A stretch of 42,321 nucleotides of DNA. Origin: Neophaeotheca triangularis. Its lineage: Eukaryota. Every line of letters starts with the position of its first letter. Positions within the stretch are counted from its first letter, which is position 1. The position numbers and the translations under genes are program-made. This document shows, piece by piece, positions 1 to 11,504 of the stretch. The stretch lies in contig BAAIJX010000048.1 in assembly GCA_054600435.1 (NCBI GenBank), forward strand, positions 124,001 to 166,321, written 5' to 3'. The notes beneath the pieces are model-generated. The model was not told the origin of the DNA. It worked only from the letters and a program-made list of their open reading frames with translations, and did no database searches.

Positions 1-1029
1 TCCGCTTCCCCGGGTACGGTACTGTCACTACCAGCGTTACTATAGGTAGTACTACCTACACACAGTACATGTACTGTACTCTGTACTGTGTCTAGACCTC
101 GACCTGTATGTCATGTCCCAACTCTTCCAGCCCCTTCTTACCCCGGTATCCCGCTGGGCGAGAGAGAGCATGCCAGTACCGCGAACCCGAGTAGATACCC
201 CGTGTCTCGTAGATACGTACTTTCCTCGGACACTGCAGGTGGACGGTACCTAGCAACTAATAACACGGCCTACCTAGGTACAGACACAGCAGATGCATTT
301 ATCCTAAACAAGCTTCCGAGCTACATGTCGATCGGAGCCTATTCATGGATATATTATTCATCCTCTCGTACCACCCAGACACACAACACAAACACAAATC
401 CCCACGCGAGCTCCACGTTGCACTAGGAGAAGTCTGTTTCGCCTGTTGTACCTCCTATCGCGCTCCTCATTGATTTTGTTCTGTTGGAGCTGGCTGTTTC
501 CCCGAATCCCCGCATATCAGACCGAGCCTAAAGGATCCCTATAGGAGCTAGGTCACATCGCAGCGAGCCGCCTCAATCATGAGAGCCGGACGTTGGTTGG
601 CATCATGCACGAAATGGAGGAGCCTCGCCATGTTTGTCGAGACACACTCCTGTACCACTGGCCCTCACGTCAGCACCTTTCATCTCGCGGCGCCAACGGA
701 ATACAGGATCGATTCCATCATGCAAGACGAGAGCTCAGTCCGCCTAGTTATCTGCCGAGAAGTGTGCTCGACACAAGCGTCCGTACCCGTGTCGAAGCGT
801 CCTAGGCCGCTTGCCCGTGGCCTTTGACATTTAGCCTGAATCCTCGTTGCCTCTAATCCTATGGTCATATGAGCCCTTTACTTGCTTCAAATACCCTTTT
901 CATCGCTTGAAGGAATGCTTGTTTGCTTCATTTGTGCTTCAACGATTAGGACTGAATCTGTTCTGTGATTTCCTCCATACAACCCTCACAGCTTACTGGC
1001 ATTGTATCTGCAAGGCTTCGACTGTCACA

Positions 1030-3420
1030 ATGGCTCCATCAGGCCCAGACATGGGCCTCTCGGCCAAGAGAGCACAGTACGCGGGTCCACCGGGTCTCAA
1101 AGGGCTCCTGCACAATGGCAAGACAACGGTATTCTATCTGTTACTCGTCAGTTATCGATCGATCAGTATTGCTGACCATCAGTCGAGTCCATCGCTTGCT
1201 TCGCTGCGTTGGGCGGATTTGTCTATGGCTGTAGGTGCCCAATCATCCATCACTCTCGACAAGATTAAAGAGCCAGTATTGACGCATGAACCAGACAACC
1301 AAGGGATGTTCGGTCAAATCTTGACCATGAACTCCTTCATCGAACGGGTACGTCGAGCTCCACATTCCGTCAGGGAAGCCGACAATAATGCTGACCAAAC
1401 CGTTAGATCAATCCTTATTACGATGGCAACCCTGGTATCCAACAGGCTATGCTGACGGCAATCCTTGAGCTCGGTGCTTGGGTGGGCACCTTGATCAATG
1501 GTGTCCTCGCCGACTCCTTGGGCCGACGATGGACCGTCGTCGTCGCCTGCGTCGTCTTCACTGTCGGTGTGATCGTTCAAGCGTGCACGCAAAACAAAGA
1601 CTACGTCCTCGGCGGTAGATTCGTCACAGGTCTTGGAGTTGGAGCCTTCAGTATGTTGGTGCCACTCTATAATGCCGAGCTGGCGCCTCCGGAAGTACGC
1701 GGTGCACTGGTCGCCCTACAACAGCTTGCTATTACCTTTGGCATTATGATCTCCTACTGTGAGTGATGCGGCATTTCTACCTTTGCTCATGATTTTTCGC
1801 TTACCATATCCCAGGGATCGGCTACGGAACGAATTTCATAGGAGGCACAGGAGACAGTCAATCCGATGCGTAAGTGTAACAATCCTTGTTTGCCTACCGA
1901 GATAAGCCACTAACATACCACTACGACATATAGTGCCTGGTTGATCCCCATCTGCATCCAGCTCATCCCTTCGACCGTCCTAGCAGCTGGCATGTTACTC
2001 TTCATGCCGCAGAGCCCGCGCCACCTTATGAACAAAGGTCGCGAAGAAGAATGCTTGAACACGCTCGCACGCCTGCGCAGCACCACAACCGACGACATCA
2101 AAGTCCGCATCGAGTACCTCGAGATCAAAGCCCTGCGAGAGTTTGAGCGTCAGCGTCTGGCCGAGAAGTTCCCGCAATACCAGGATGGCACGAGAAAATC
2201 CGCGTTCATGGTTGGAGTTTACGACTACATGTCACTCATCACAGACAAGTCCCTGTTCAAACGGACAGTAGTTGCCGTGTTTACCATGGTGTTCCAACAG
2301 TGAGTGCCACTTCGTTGCCGCTGGTATCAATTAGCTCACCAAAGGTCTCCTAGATGGAACGGTGTCAACGCCATCCTATACTACGCTCCGTTCATTTTCG
2401 ACGGGTTCGGGCTTGACGGCACCACTACTTCTCTTCTGGCCACCGGTGTGGTTGGTGTCGTCATGTTCCTAGCAACAATTCCAGCCGTTCGTAAGTTGCA
2501 GTTAATGAAACACGCCACCAGGAACGGTTTTTGTTAACATTGTAACAGTTTACGTTGACCGTTTTGGACGCAAGACCATTCTGATAATTGGAGGCATCGG
2601 CATGGCCATCTCACACTTCATCGTCGCCGGCATCGTCGGAGCTTACCAAGGCGACTGGGAGAACCATCGTGGGGCAGGATGGGTGGCAGTTGTGTTTGTG
2701 TGGCTCTACGCCATCCACTTCGGGTACTCCTGGGTAGGTTCTTCCTAACATCTCCCCCAAGGACTCATCCCTTGGATAATTTCTGACCTCGAGCTACAGG
2801 GACCCGTAGCCTGGATCATCATCTCGGAGGTCTTCCCTCTCGGAATGCGTGCCAAAGGAGTGAGGTAAGCACACAGATACACACCCACTTGTGTACCACC
2901 CACAGAGCTACACTAACAGCCTGCAACAGCATCGGCGGCTCCAGCAACTGGCTCAACAACTTCGCGGTAGCAACAGCAACCAGCCCCTTCATCTCCGCCT
3001 CCCAATGGGGCGCCTTCCTCTTCTTCGGCGCCATAACCACCATCGGCGTCCTCTGGGTCTTCTTCTTCGTGCCGGAAACAAAAGTAAGCACCCCAAACCA
3101 CACCTCCCCTCCAGCGCCATCACCGCAAACAGAGCCCCCCCCCCCCCTCCTCCCCAAACCAACACCCCCCAAACTAACATTCGCAGGGCCGCACCCTAGA
3201 GGAAATGGACGAGCTCTTCGGCGCCGTCGGGTTCGCGCAAGACGACCTGGCTCGCAAAGAGCGCATCGAGCGCGAAATCGGGCTCACGGCGCTGCTGGAT
3301 GGCGAGGACATTACGGACCCAATTTTCGGCGGCAAAGACACCAAGGGCCTTGGTGGACAGGGCTCAGATTCCGAGGATGGGAAGGTGGAGCAGAATGAGA
3401 AGGCGGAAGTGGTTCGGTGA
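1030..3420 (+). CDS. MFS sugar porter family transporter, 11 exons
   Basis: Manually spliced. Introns are 1129-1187, 1231-1294, 1348-1406, 1759-1814, 1870-1933, 2300-2353, 2491-2548, 2734-2799, 2865-2929 and 3084-3186. The product has sugar-porter motifs: [82 protein letters not shown] and PETKGRTLEEM. Substrate is not determinable. Confidence 0.93.
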
Positions 3421-4304
3421 GGGATGTTGAGTTGGGAGGGTGGTTGGAGAAGGTGGTAGGACAATTTTGAGTTTGCGATGTGATGAATGTTGAGTATAGC
3501 TTGGTCTTGTGTACTTTTGTCTAATGATGGATTCCAGACTGCTTGAGGTTGCTTTCTTTGCACCTTGGAAGCTTCAAAATTTCCTTTGCACTCCCCCGGC
3601 TCAAACTAGGACTTTCATTCCGATCGACAGCTCCAAAACCATAGCCACGCCACCAAACAGCTTCTCCGCTCAAATCTCACAGCCAGCAGATACCGTAACC
3701 ATCTCCCATCGAACCCCCAAAAGCAAGTACTAGTGATTTTTTGGAGTGTTTTATTTATCTCTGGGACGAATCTTGGTGATCTGACCCGCGACGGTGGCGA
3801 CGGAGTGCTACTGTATCTTGCATCGGGCCGAGAGAGATTGTTTTGCGTCGAGGCCGGTATTGTCGGTTCAGAGCACGATTGTGAGATGGATGTAACATGA
3901 TAGGAGGCGGCAATTCATCTATGCGCTACCGTCGGTAACTCGTAGGAGATGTTGGTAGTGTGGAGTAACATAATTGCGGCATGGGAAGCCGAGAGACGGT
4001 TGCGATCTCACTGTTTCGGCTCTTTTACGGCATGCGAATGGTCGTATGATGAAAGGTGGCCGCATCAAGTCTGTTCGTGTCGGTGCTTCGTATTGCTGCG
4101 AACCAGTGCTTGTCTCGTCCTCGAAACTGTCGATCTTGGGATGTCCTCGCAAGGGACAACGAGAACGGAGCCGGTGATCCACCTGCCAGGGATCAGCTCC
4201 CTTTTCCTTGCGACTCTTACGGACGCCAGTCCGGTTTGCCTGCAACCACAAATGCGGCTCGCCGTCTTAGCAGCTAAAGTATCTTGTCTCTTTTCAACCC
4301 CAAA

Positions 4305-4916
4305 TCAAAACTGCCTCCAACCCTCCCCTCCTATCAGCATCTTCGCGGCAATCTGCCTATTTTCCTCACTCGGCTCCACCCAAGCCTTTGTCCCATCCTC
4401 CCACCTTTCCGTCCCGAAACTGTCTTTACACCACTTCACCAAAACCTCAATCTCCCGTTTCGAAACCGCTTCCAGCTCCTCCAAACTCCCCTCCTTCTCC
4501 TTCCTCAACTTCTCAACAGCGCGGATGAACTCCAACCCGCCCTCCAACCCCCCATGCTCACCCCAGACGAACCGAAAACACTCCGACTCGGACACGTTAT
4601 TGTACCAGGCCTCGGCGTTGCGGTAATCGCCTTCGCGCGCGTGCAGGATGCCGTGAATGTACATGCCCTCCCAGGCGGGCTTGTTTTGCATGTGGCGGAG
4701 CAGGAAGTGGGCGCTGGGTAGGTCGTTGTTAAGGATGTGGAGGAGGCATTCGAGTGTGGGGTGGAGGGATAGGGAGGAGATGTTGTGGGTGAGGGAGGGG
4801 TGGTGGGGGTTGGGGGAGGCGGCGGGCAGGACGGGGAAGCCGTGTTGGGTTGTCAGGGAGCTGTAGATGCTGTCGAAGGAGTTGAGGGGGGATTGGTCGT
4901 TGTTGGTAGGGGACAT
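4305..4916 (-). CDS. Conserved hypothetical protein, 203 aa, helical; resembles an uncharacterised family also found in bacteria
   Basis: Single-exon ORF starting ATG in CACC-ATG context. Motif LHILNNDLPSAHFLLRHMQ...GMYIHGILHAREGDYRNAEAWY. The family resemblance is from memory. Confidence 0.8.
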   Translation of the reverse strand: MSPTNNDQSPLNSFDSIYSSLTTQHGFPVLPAASPNPHHPSLTHNISSLSLHPTLECLLHILNNDLPSAHFLLRHMQNKPAWEGMYIHGILHAREGDYRNAEAWYNNVSESECFRFVWGEHGGLEGGLEFIRAVEKLRKEKEGSLEELEAVSKREIEVLVKWCKDSFGTERWEDGTKAWVEPSEENRQIAAKMLIGGEGWRQF

Positions 4917-5815
4917 GGTGGTGGTGTGCTATGACTGCCTAGGTAGTGGTGCTCGTGAATTCGTGCAGCCCGGACGTGAAGGTGATAGAAGGGGAAGCAA
5001 GTCACGGGGGTTTGGAGGCTGTGGTTGTTGCCCTACCTGGTGTTGTCTGTTGATTGCTACAGACGAAAATTTATTAATGGCTCTCAAGCATCATCGATAG
5101 ATACAGTGAGGTTGGTGAGATACCGACAGGGCTAGAAGGAAGTGGAGAGGTTATCGTCGTCGTCACCGTTAAGGCTTACCTAAGCTCTCTGCTCAAGAGA
5201 CCGAGACAGCGAATGCAGACAGCCAATCACACAACAAGGAGTGCTTGCCTCGGGGTATGACTTTAGCGTGAAGCTTGACAGACGACTTCCAAGGAAACGG
5301 GACAAGATGCCGCATCAGATCGTCACCTCTACAGTCTACTAGTAGAGGAGTACAGTGGTACCTCTACCGTACTGTACACCCAATTCTTGGAAGGGAGCTT
5401 GGAAGGGAGCTGGTCATTATTACCTCCTACCAAGCTCACTTTCTTAACTTGCCTCCGTCTTCTCCTGGCACGGATTCGCCTCGTCTTCGCACTCGTCTTC
5501 TCGTTCCCTGCCAAGTGCTGTCTCTTGACATACAATCGCAGCTAGAGCCGGCGGGTCCAATCGAAGCTTCCCCAGACAATTGAGTGGATCCAAATCCCGG
5601 ACCGGCATCAGCTCAATCCATCGCCAGGAACCCGCGGAAGAGACGTCACCCTGTAGCGGCCGTCTCATTTCACAACCAAGACTTGAAGCCAGACAGCAGC
5701 CAGGCCACAAGACGTCAAACCTCTTGCCTTAAGACGTTCCAAAGTTACGCGTTTTGCTGTCCATCGCAGCTACTCCAGCGACTACTCGACAGCTCCAACA
5801 CCAACCCTCGCTCCA

Positions 5816-7234
5816 ATGGTCGGCAAACGCGAGCTCTTCAGCTCCGGCATCTCGCGCTACGGTAAAAACGACGAGGGACGCCCTCGTAGTTCACGGCAAA
5901 GATGGACAGGCCAGGGCAACGATGACATCGAGTCCCAGCAGCTTCTCTCGAATGGTAATGCGAAACCACGTCCCAAGATCTTCGCATTCACCGACGCTGC
6001 GCAAAATGGCAAGCAAGACAAACGACGGGATGAGCTTAAAAAATCACTCCTTCAAAACATCGACCGCGATGCTCTGGAGAAATTCCGCAAGAGCGATGAA
6101 GAGCTCAAAGAGATGAAGAATAAGAAGGTTCGAAAGTTTTACGAAGATCAGAACCAGCGTTTAAACGACTGGCTCGAGGTCGACGCTATAGTGATGGAAG
6201 TCGCCGACGACATCATCGAGTCAATGGACCCCGATCCTGATGGTGACGGTGCTCAAGAGCGTGGAGGAGGGCTACAACGTCAAGGGGGCAACATCCACGA
6301 GTTCCTACCCAAGGAAGAAAAGGAAAAACGCCGTAAAGCAGAAAGAAACGCCAAATGGGCCATCAACATCAACGTCATTGCGAACATCCTCCTCCTCCTC
6401 GCCAAGGTCATCGCAGCCCTCAGCTCCGGTTCCCTCTCCCTCGTCGCTTCTCTCGTAGATTCCGCCCTCGATCTCCTCTGCACCATGATCATCTGGACGA
6501 CAAACAAGATCGTCTCCTGGCGTCTCAGCTCGCTGCAAAAGAAATTCCCCGTGGGCCGCAAACGCCTCGAGCCCCTGGGTATCCTGGTCTTCTCCATCAT
6601 CATGGTCATTTCCTTCCTGCAAATCCTGCAAGAATCGGTGCAGAAAATCATCCCCCTCGAAGGCAAAGCCGAAGAGCTGCCACTAGTAGCCGTGGGCGCT
6701 CTCCTCGGCACCGTCGTCGTAAAGGGCATCATCTGGATCGGTTGTATCCGCATCAAAACTACGCAAGTACAAGCTCTAGCCCAGGACTGCCAAACGGATG
6801 TCATCTTCAACACGTTCTCCCTGCTCTTCCCCTTCATCGGCGCCAAAGCGCACGTCTGGTGGCTGGACCCCGTGGGCGCGGGCCTCCTCTCCCTCTTCAT
6901 CATCTACGACTGGGCAGGCACGTGCTTCGAAAACGTGACCCGCCTGTCCGGCGAATCGGCTTCCGACGCTCTGCAGAAGAAGCTGCTGTACCTGGCGTTT
7001 CGCTTCTCGCCCGTCGTGCAGGGTTTCAAGTCCATTACCAGCTACCACGCAGGTGATGGTATCTGGACGGAGATTGATATCTTGCTGGATGAGGACACGC
7101 AGTTGCATCGTACGCACGATGTGTCGGAGACGCTGCAGTATTGTTGCGAAGGGCTGGATGAGGTCGATAGGGCTTTTGTGACGGTGGATTACTCTACCCA
7201 GGGTCCTACCGGGCACGCGCAGGATGCTGGTTAG
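5816..7234 (+). CDS. Cation diffusion facilitator (CDF), Mn-CDF/MTP8-like metal transporter
   Basis: 472-aa ORF with SLVASLVDSALD (TM2 DxxxD), KFPVGRKRLEPLG, AQDCQTD (TM5 DxxxD), WWLDPVGA and a C-terminal dimerisation domain (HDVSETLQ...VDRAFVTVDY). The DxxxD/DxxxD metal site is typical of Mn-CDFs. Confidence 0.93.
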   Translation: MVGKRELFSSGISRYGKNDEGRPRSSRQRWTGQGNDDIESQQLLSNGNAKPRPKIFAFTDAAQNGKQDKRRDELKKSLLQNIDRDALEKFRKSDEELKEMKNKKVRKFYEDQNQRLNDWLEVDAIVMEVADDIIESMDPDPDGDGAQERGGGLQRQGGNIHEFLPKEEKEKRRKAERNAKWAININVIANILLLLAKVIAALSSGSLSLVASLVDSALDLLCTMIIWTTNKIVSWRLSSLQKKFPVGRKRLEPLGILVFSIIMVISFLQILQESVQKIIPLEGKAEELPLVAVGALLGTVVVKGIIWIGCIRIKTTQVQALAQDCQTDVIFNTFSLLFPFIGAKAHVWWLDPVGAGLLSLFIIYDWAGTCFENVTRLSGESASDALQKKLLYLAFRFSPVVQGFKSITSYHAGDGIWTEIDILLDEDTQLHRTHDVSETLQYCCEGLDEVDRAFVTVDYSTQGPTGHAQDAG

Positions 7235-8591
7235 TGGTGGAGATAGGACGCACTTGGGGAAGGTTGAGGCGTAGAGAGGGCAGAGAATGTCTTTTGACGT
7301 GTGCGGGGGTTGGCTTTCTCGATTTGAAGGTATTGGGAATAGGAAAAAGGAAAGGGGAAACACAGCACGGTGTTGGAATGCATTGCTCGACGACGCGCTA
7401 GGCATCTGGGTTGGGCGCGTCTCGATGGGCTATTGGAAAGATATGTATTTGAAAGGGTCGTTTGTATAGTCTGTATTATCTTGTGGCATGGTGTCTTCTA
7501 GTCTGGAGATGTCATTTCATTACCACTAATTGAGAAGCGATAGGGAAGAACTAAAAGTCGAACTTGTAGAATCTCAGCAAGAGTGAGTCGGAATGGAGAT
7601 GTTGAAATGATCTTGTACTTGAATCATGACTACAACATCTAAAAGAACAACAAAGACAGAGAAACCCACCCAACCCCCCAACCCACAGGCACCAGTGCTG
7701 CCTCGCCAAAAGAACCGGCCTGTGTACTCGACACAACTGTTAGCACCCTCATCCAAACACACTCAAGGCACCAGTGAAAAGCATGCGTCAAAGTCGCAGT
7801 ATCAGAGAAATGCGCTTTCGAAACACTGAAATATGAGGTAAGATTCATATGGGGTTGAAACATTGAAACTGAAATTTTGGCATATTCATCCGTGAGAGGC
7901 TGATGCGATAGGAGGGGAGGGGAGGGGGTCGGCTTACCGAGAGAGAGAGACTACTGACTGAGATGCGGGAGAGACTGCAGGTGAGAGAGAAGAAAGGTGG
8001 TGAAAGAGGGCGACGGGACACGGAGCTGGAAAGTCAAAGATTTTCAAAGCGGACAGCTTGCAGTGCAGGTGGCATTAAAATATTGCGAACACGTTTGGCC
8101 GAGCGCTAAATTTAAAGGCAAGCTTGCATGCATGCATTATTCTTATAATTGTACCCGAAAATAGTACGTCCATGGCCTGAGGCATGAATTTGGTAGAAGC
8201 ATTTCACGAGAACGAGACGCGGACACGACAGCTGGAGCTCATCAATTGTCGCGCAGGGGTTCTTGGGTAACAGCTGAACAACAACCATCCTCTCCTCTTC
8301 TTTCAATTCCCTTCTTCCCTAACACGCCGCTTATCACGGGGTGTGTGATGGTAGTCTTGTAATCATATTCTCCGCAATACTAATACCAAAATTCCCGACG
8401 TTCCTTGCGATAGGGATCCTTGACCGGCCTTGTCCGCAACTGGCCCCTCTCATCCCTTCCCTACCGTCCCAGCTGCAAGGTCAGCGCAGCTCAGCTTGGA
8501 ACGTGGCTTTTTAATCGACCCGACCTTTTGAGAGCTGCCGTTCTCGTCGTCCTTTACCTTGCTCGATTAACCTTCAACATCGTCGCCCATC

Positions 8592-10938
8592 ATGGCTTAT
8601 CAAGACGAGAAATCGCAGGTCAAAGCCACCGGGACCGAGTCCAACGCCGATCAACTGAGAAGGAGGAACGTAGCTCCCGGCCAAGGTCAGCAGAATGGCA
8701 AGACGATACCGAAAGAGACTGAAGAGAAGGCAAAGGATGCGGGCAACTCGTTCTTCCAGACCCTGGACGAGTACGAGTTCCTGATTGCGCCGCTCGTCTT
8801 CACTGCTCTGGCCTTCTTCACGCGCATGTGGAAGATTGGTCTCTCCAACATCGTGACCTGGGATGAGGCACAGTAAGACTCCAAACCATCGTAACGATGC
8901 GATTTTGAATGCTAACGCTCATCAAGTTTCGGCAAATTCGGCTCCCACTACCTCAAACGCGAATTCTACTTCGATGTCCACCCTCCCTTGGGCAAGATGC
9001 TCGTCGGCCTCTCCGGCTACCTCGCGGGCTACAATGGCTCCTTTGAGTTCAAAAGCGGCGAGACCTATCCCGAGAACCTCAACTACACCTTTATGCGCGT
9101 CTTCAACTCTTCCTTTGGAGCGCTCTGCGTGCCATTGGCTTACTACACCGCGCGCGAGCTAAACTTCAAGAGGCCTACCGTTTGGTTGATCACGATGATG
9201 GTCTTGTTTGAGAACAGCTACACAACGATAAGCAGGTTCATCCTTCTGGACAGCATGCTCCTCTTCTTCACCTTTACCACTGTCATGTGCTGGTCCAGAT
9301 TCCATCGGTTGAGGAAGCAGCCCTTCTCGCTTGAGTGGAGCATCTGGTTGGTCTTGCTGGGTATCTCGATCGGTTGCGTCTGCAGTGTCAAGTGGGTTGG
9401 CATGTTCGGTACCGCTTTGGTCGGGCTGTACACTATTGAGGATCTGTGGAACAAATTTGGAGACCTCAAGATGCCCAAGGTAGGTGATGCCGATTACTTC
9501 GAGCTTCTAGCGGAGACTGACGTTTATTTCCCAGACCACTCTGGCCACGCACGTCGTAACTCGTGCTGTTGGATTGATCGCCATCCCCCTTGCGGTGTAC
9601 ATGTTCAGCTTCTTCTTGCATTTCTTGATCCTCGAGAACAGCGGCCCCGGCGACGCCCAAATGTCTTCTCTGTTCCAAGCAAACCTTCGCGGTACCGAAG
9701 TTGGCAAGGACAGTCCACTCGAGATTGCTTTGGGATCACGCGCTACTCTCAAGAACATGGGCTACGGCGGTGGTCTTTTGCACTCTCACGTTCAAACTTT
9801 CCCCGAAGGATCGAAGCAACAGCAGATTACTTGCTACCATCACAAAGATGCCAACAACGACTGGTTTTTCTACCCCATCCGCGGCCAACCTGACTACGAC
9901 CCCGAAGGCGATTTGCGCTACATTGGGAACGGCGATCAGGTCCGCTTCATTCACGCCATGACAGGCCGCAACTTGCACTCTCACCAAGTCGCCGCTCCCG
10001 TCACGAAGGCTGATTGGGAAGTCTCTTGCTACGGTAACCTGACAATCGGCGACACCAAAGACCACTGGACCATCGAAGTTGTCGACGACGCCTCATCTCG
10101 CGACTACTCCAAGATCCGCACACTCACTACTTCGTTCCGTCTCCGACACACTGATCTTGGGTGCTACCTCCGTGCAGGTACTGTCAATCTCCCTCAATGG
10201 GGTTTCAAACAAATCGAGACGACTTGCGTCAAGACCAACAACCCACGCGACCCATACACCCACTGGAATGTTGAGTCTCACTGGAACGACAAGCTTCCCC
10301 CTGGCAACCCCGGCCAGTACAAGTCGCCATTCTTGCGAGACTTTGTCCATCTTAACGTCGCAATGATGACCTCCAACAACGCCCTGGTCCCAGACCCAGA
10401 CAAGCAAGACGATCTCGCATCCAAGCCCTGGCAATGGCCTTTCCTCAACGTCGGACTCCGCATGTGCGGCTGGGATGACCACATTGTCAAATACTTCCTC
10501 CTCGGCAATCCGGCCGTGTACTGGGGAAGCACAGCCTCCATTGGCGTCTTCTTCCTCATCCTCGCGTACCATCTCGTCCGCTGGCAGCGCGGAATGAACA
10601 AGCTGACCTGGAACGACATCGACCACATCCAGTACTCGGGCGTCTACCCCGTCATCGGTTGGTTCCTACACTACCTGCCCTTCGTCGCCATGGCCCGTGT
10701 CACCTACGTGCACCACTACTACCCGGCGCTGTACTTTGCCATCCTATGTTGCGGTTTCTGCCTCGACTGGACCACGCGCGATTTGAAGAAGAGCTTGCAG
10801 TGGGGCCTCTACACCATGCTGTATGCACTGGTCATTGGCTTGTTCATCCTCTTCCGCGCTATCAGCTTCGGTATGGAGGGTAGCCACAAGCAGTGGGCGC
10901 ACTTGAAGTGGTTCGACAAATGGAGAATCACCGATTAG
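8592..10938 (+). CDS. PMT2: Dolichyl-phosphate-mannose:protein O-mannosyltransferase, PMT2 subfamily, 3 exons
   Basis: Introns at 8873-8926 and 9480-9534. The spliced product has [51 protein letters not shown] repeats (LHSH motifs) and [14 protein letters not shown]. Confidence 0.95.
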
Positions 10939-11504
10939 AGTGATTAGAGCCAGTTGAGGAAAGTGAGCGTGAAGGGGCGGCGAAAGTGCGTAGGGAGGGG
11001 GCGTGAATGGAAGGGTTGTCGGGGGTGGATTACGTTTTCTCATAGCGGTTATGATACTTAGTGTACTACCATTTTTTTTTTCCATTGCCAGTGTGATAGG
11101 ATCTACTAGTTGTTAGCAGTGCACAATTAGCTTCACCCCTGCGTGCACGTGAACACGCGAATCCTTATCGGCACGCTTATCGCCGGAGATAAGGTTAGGT
11201 ATGTCCCTGTGGCGTCAGCGTCAACACTGGAACTTGAGGTGTCTTACCAGCCATCGCTATGAGAACTTGACCTGCGACGAAACACCTAAAAGCATAGCTG
11301 ATGCATGCATGTTAGACCTGCTTAAATAGCCTGGCTGGTCAGATAAGTGGCGTCATTTCTCCTTTGGCAACGCTGCGCATCAATCCTTCCGGTCAGGTCA
11401 CTCTCGCTCTTGAGGCCGCCTCTCCTTTTCCCGAGCATACTACACTTTACCCACGAACGCGAACCTCTCTTGGATCGAGTCATCAACCACATCCACCGCC
11501 CGCC

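Noticed and set aside
5386..5411. 12-nt tandem duplication CTTGGAAGGGAG x2
   Set aside because: A simple local slippage duplication with no further copies seen.
11364..11504. TTG-initiated 47-aa extension of the GHKL protein
   Set aside because: ATG 11505 has strong context and the recognisable domain begins just after it. The extension shows no motif.
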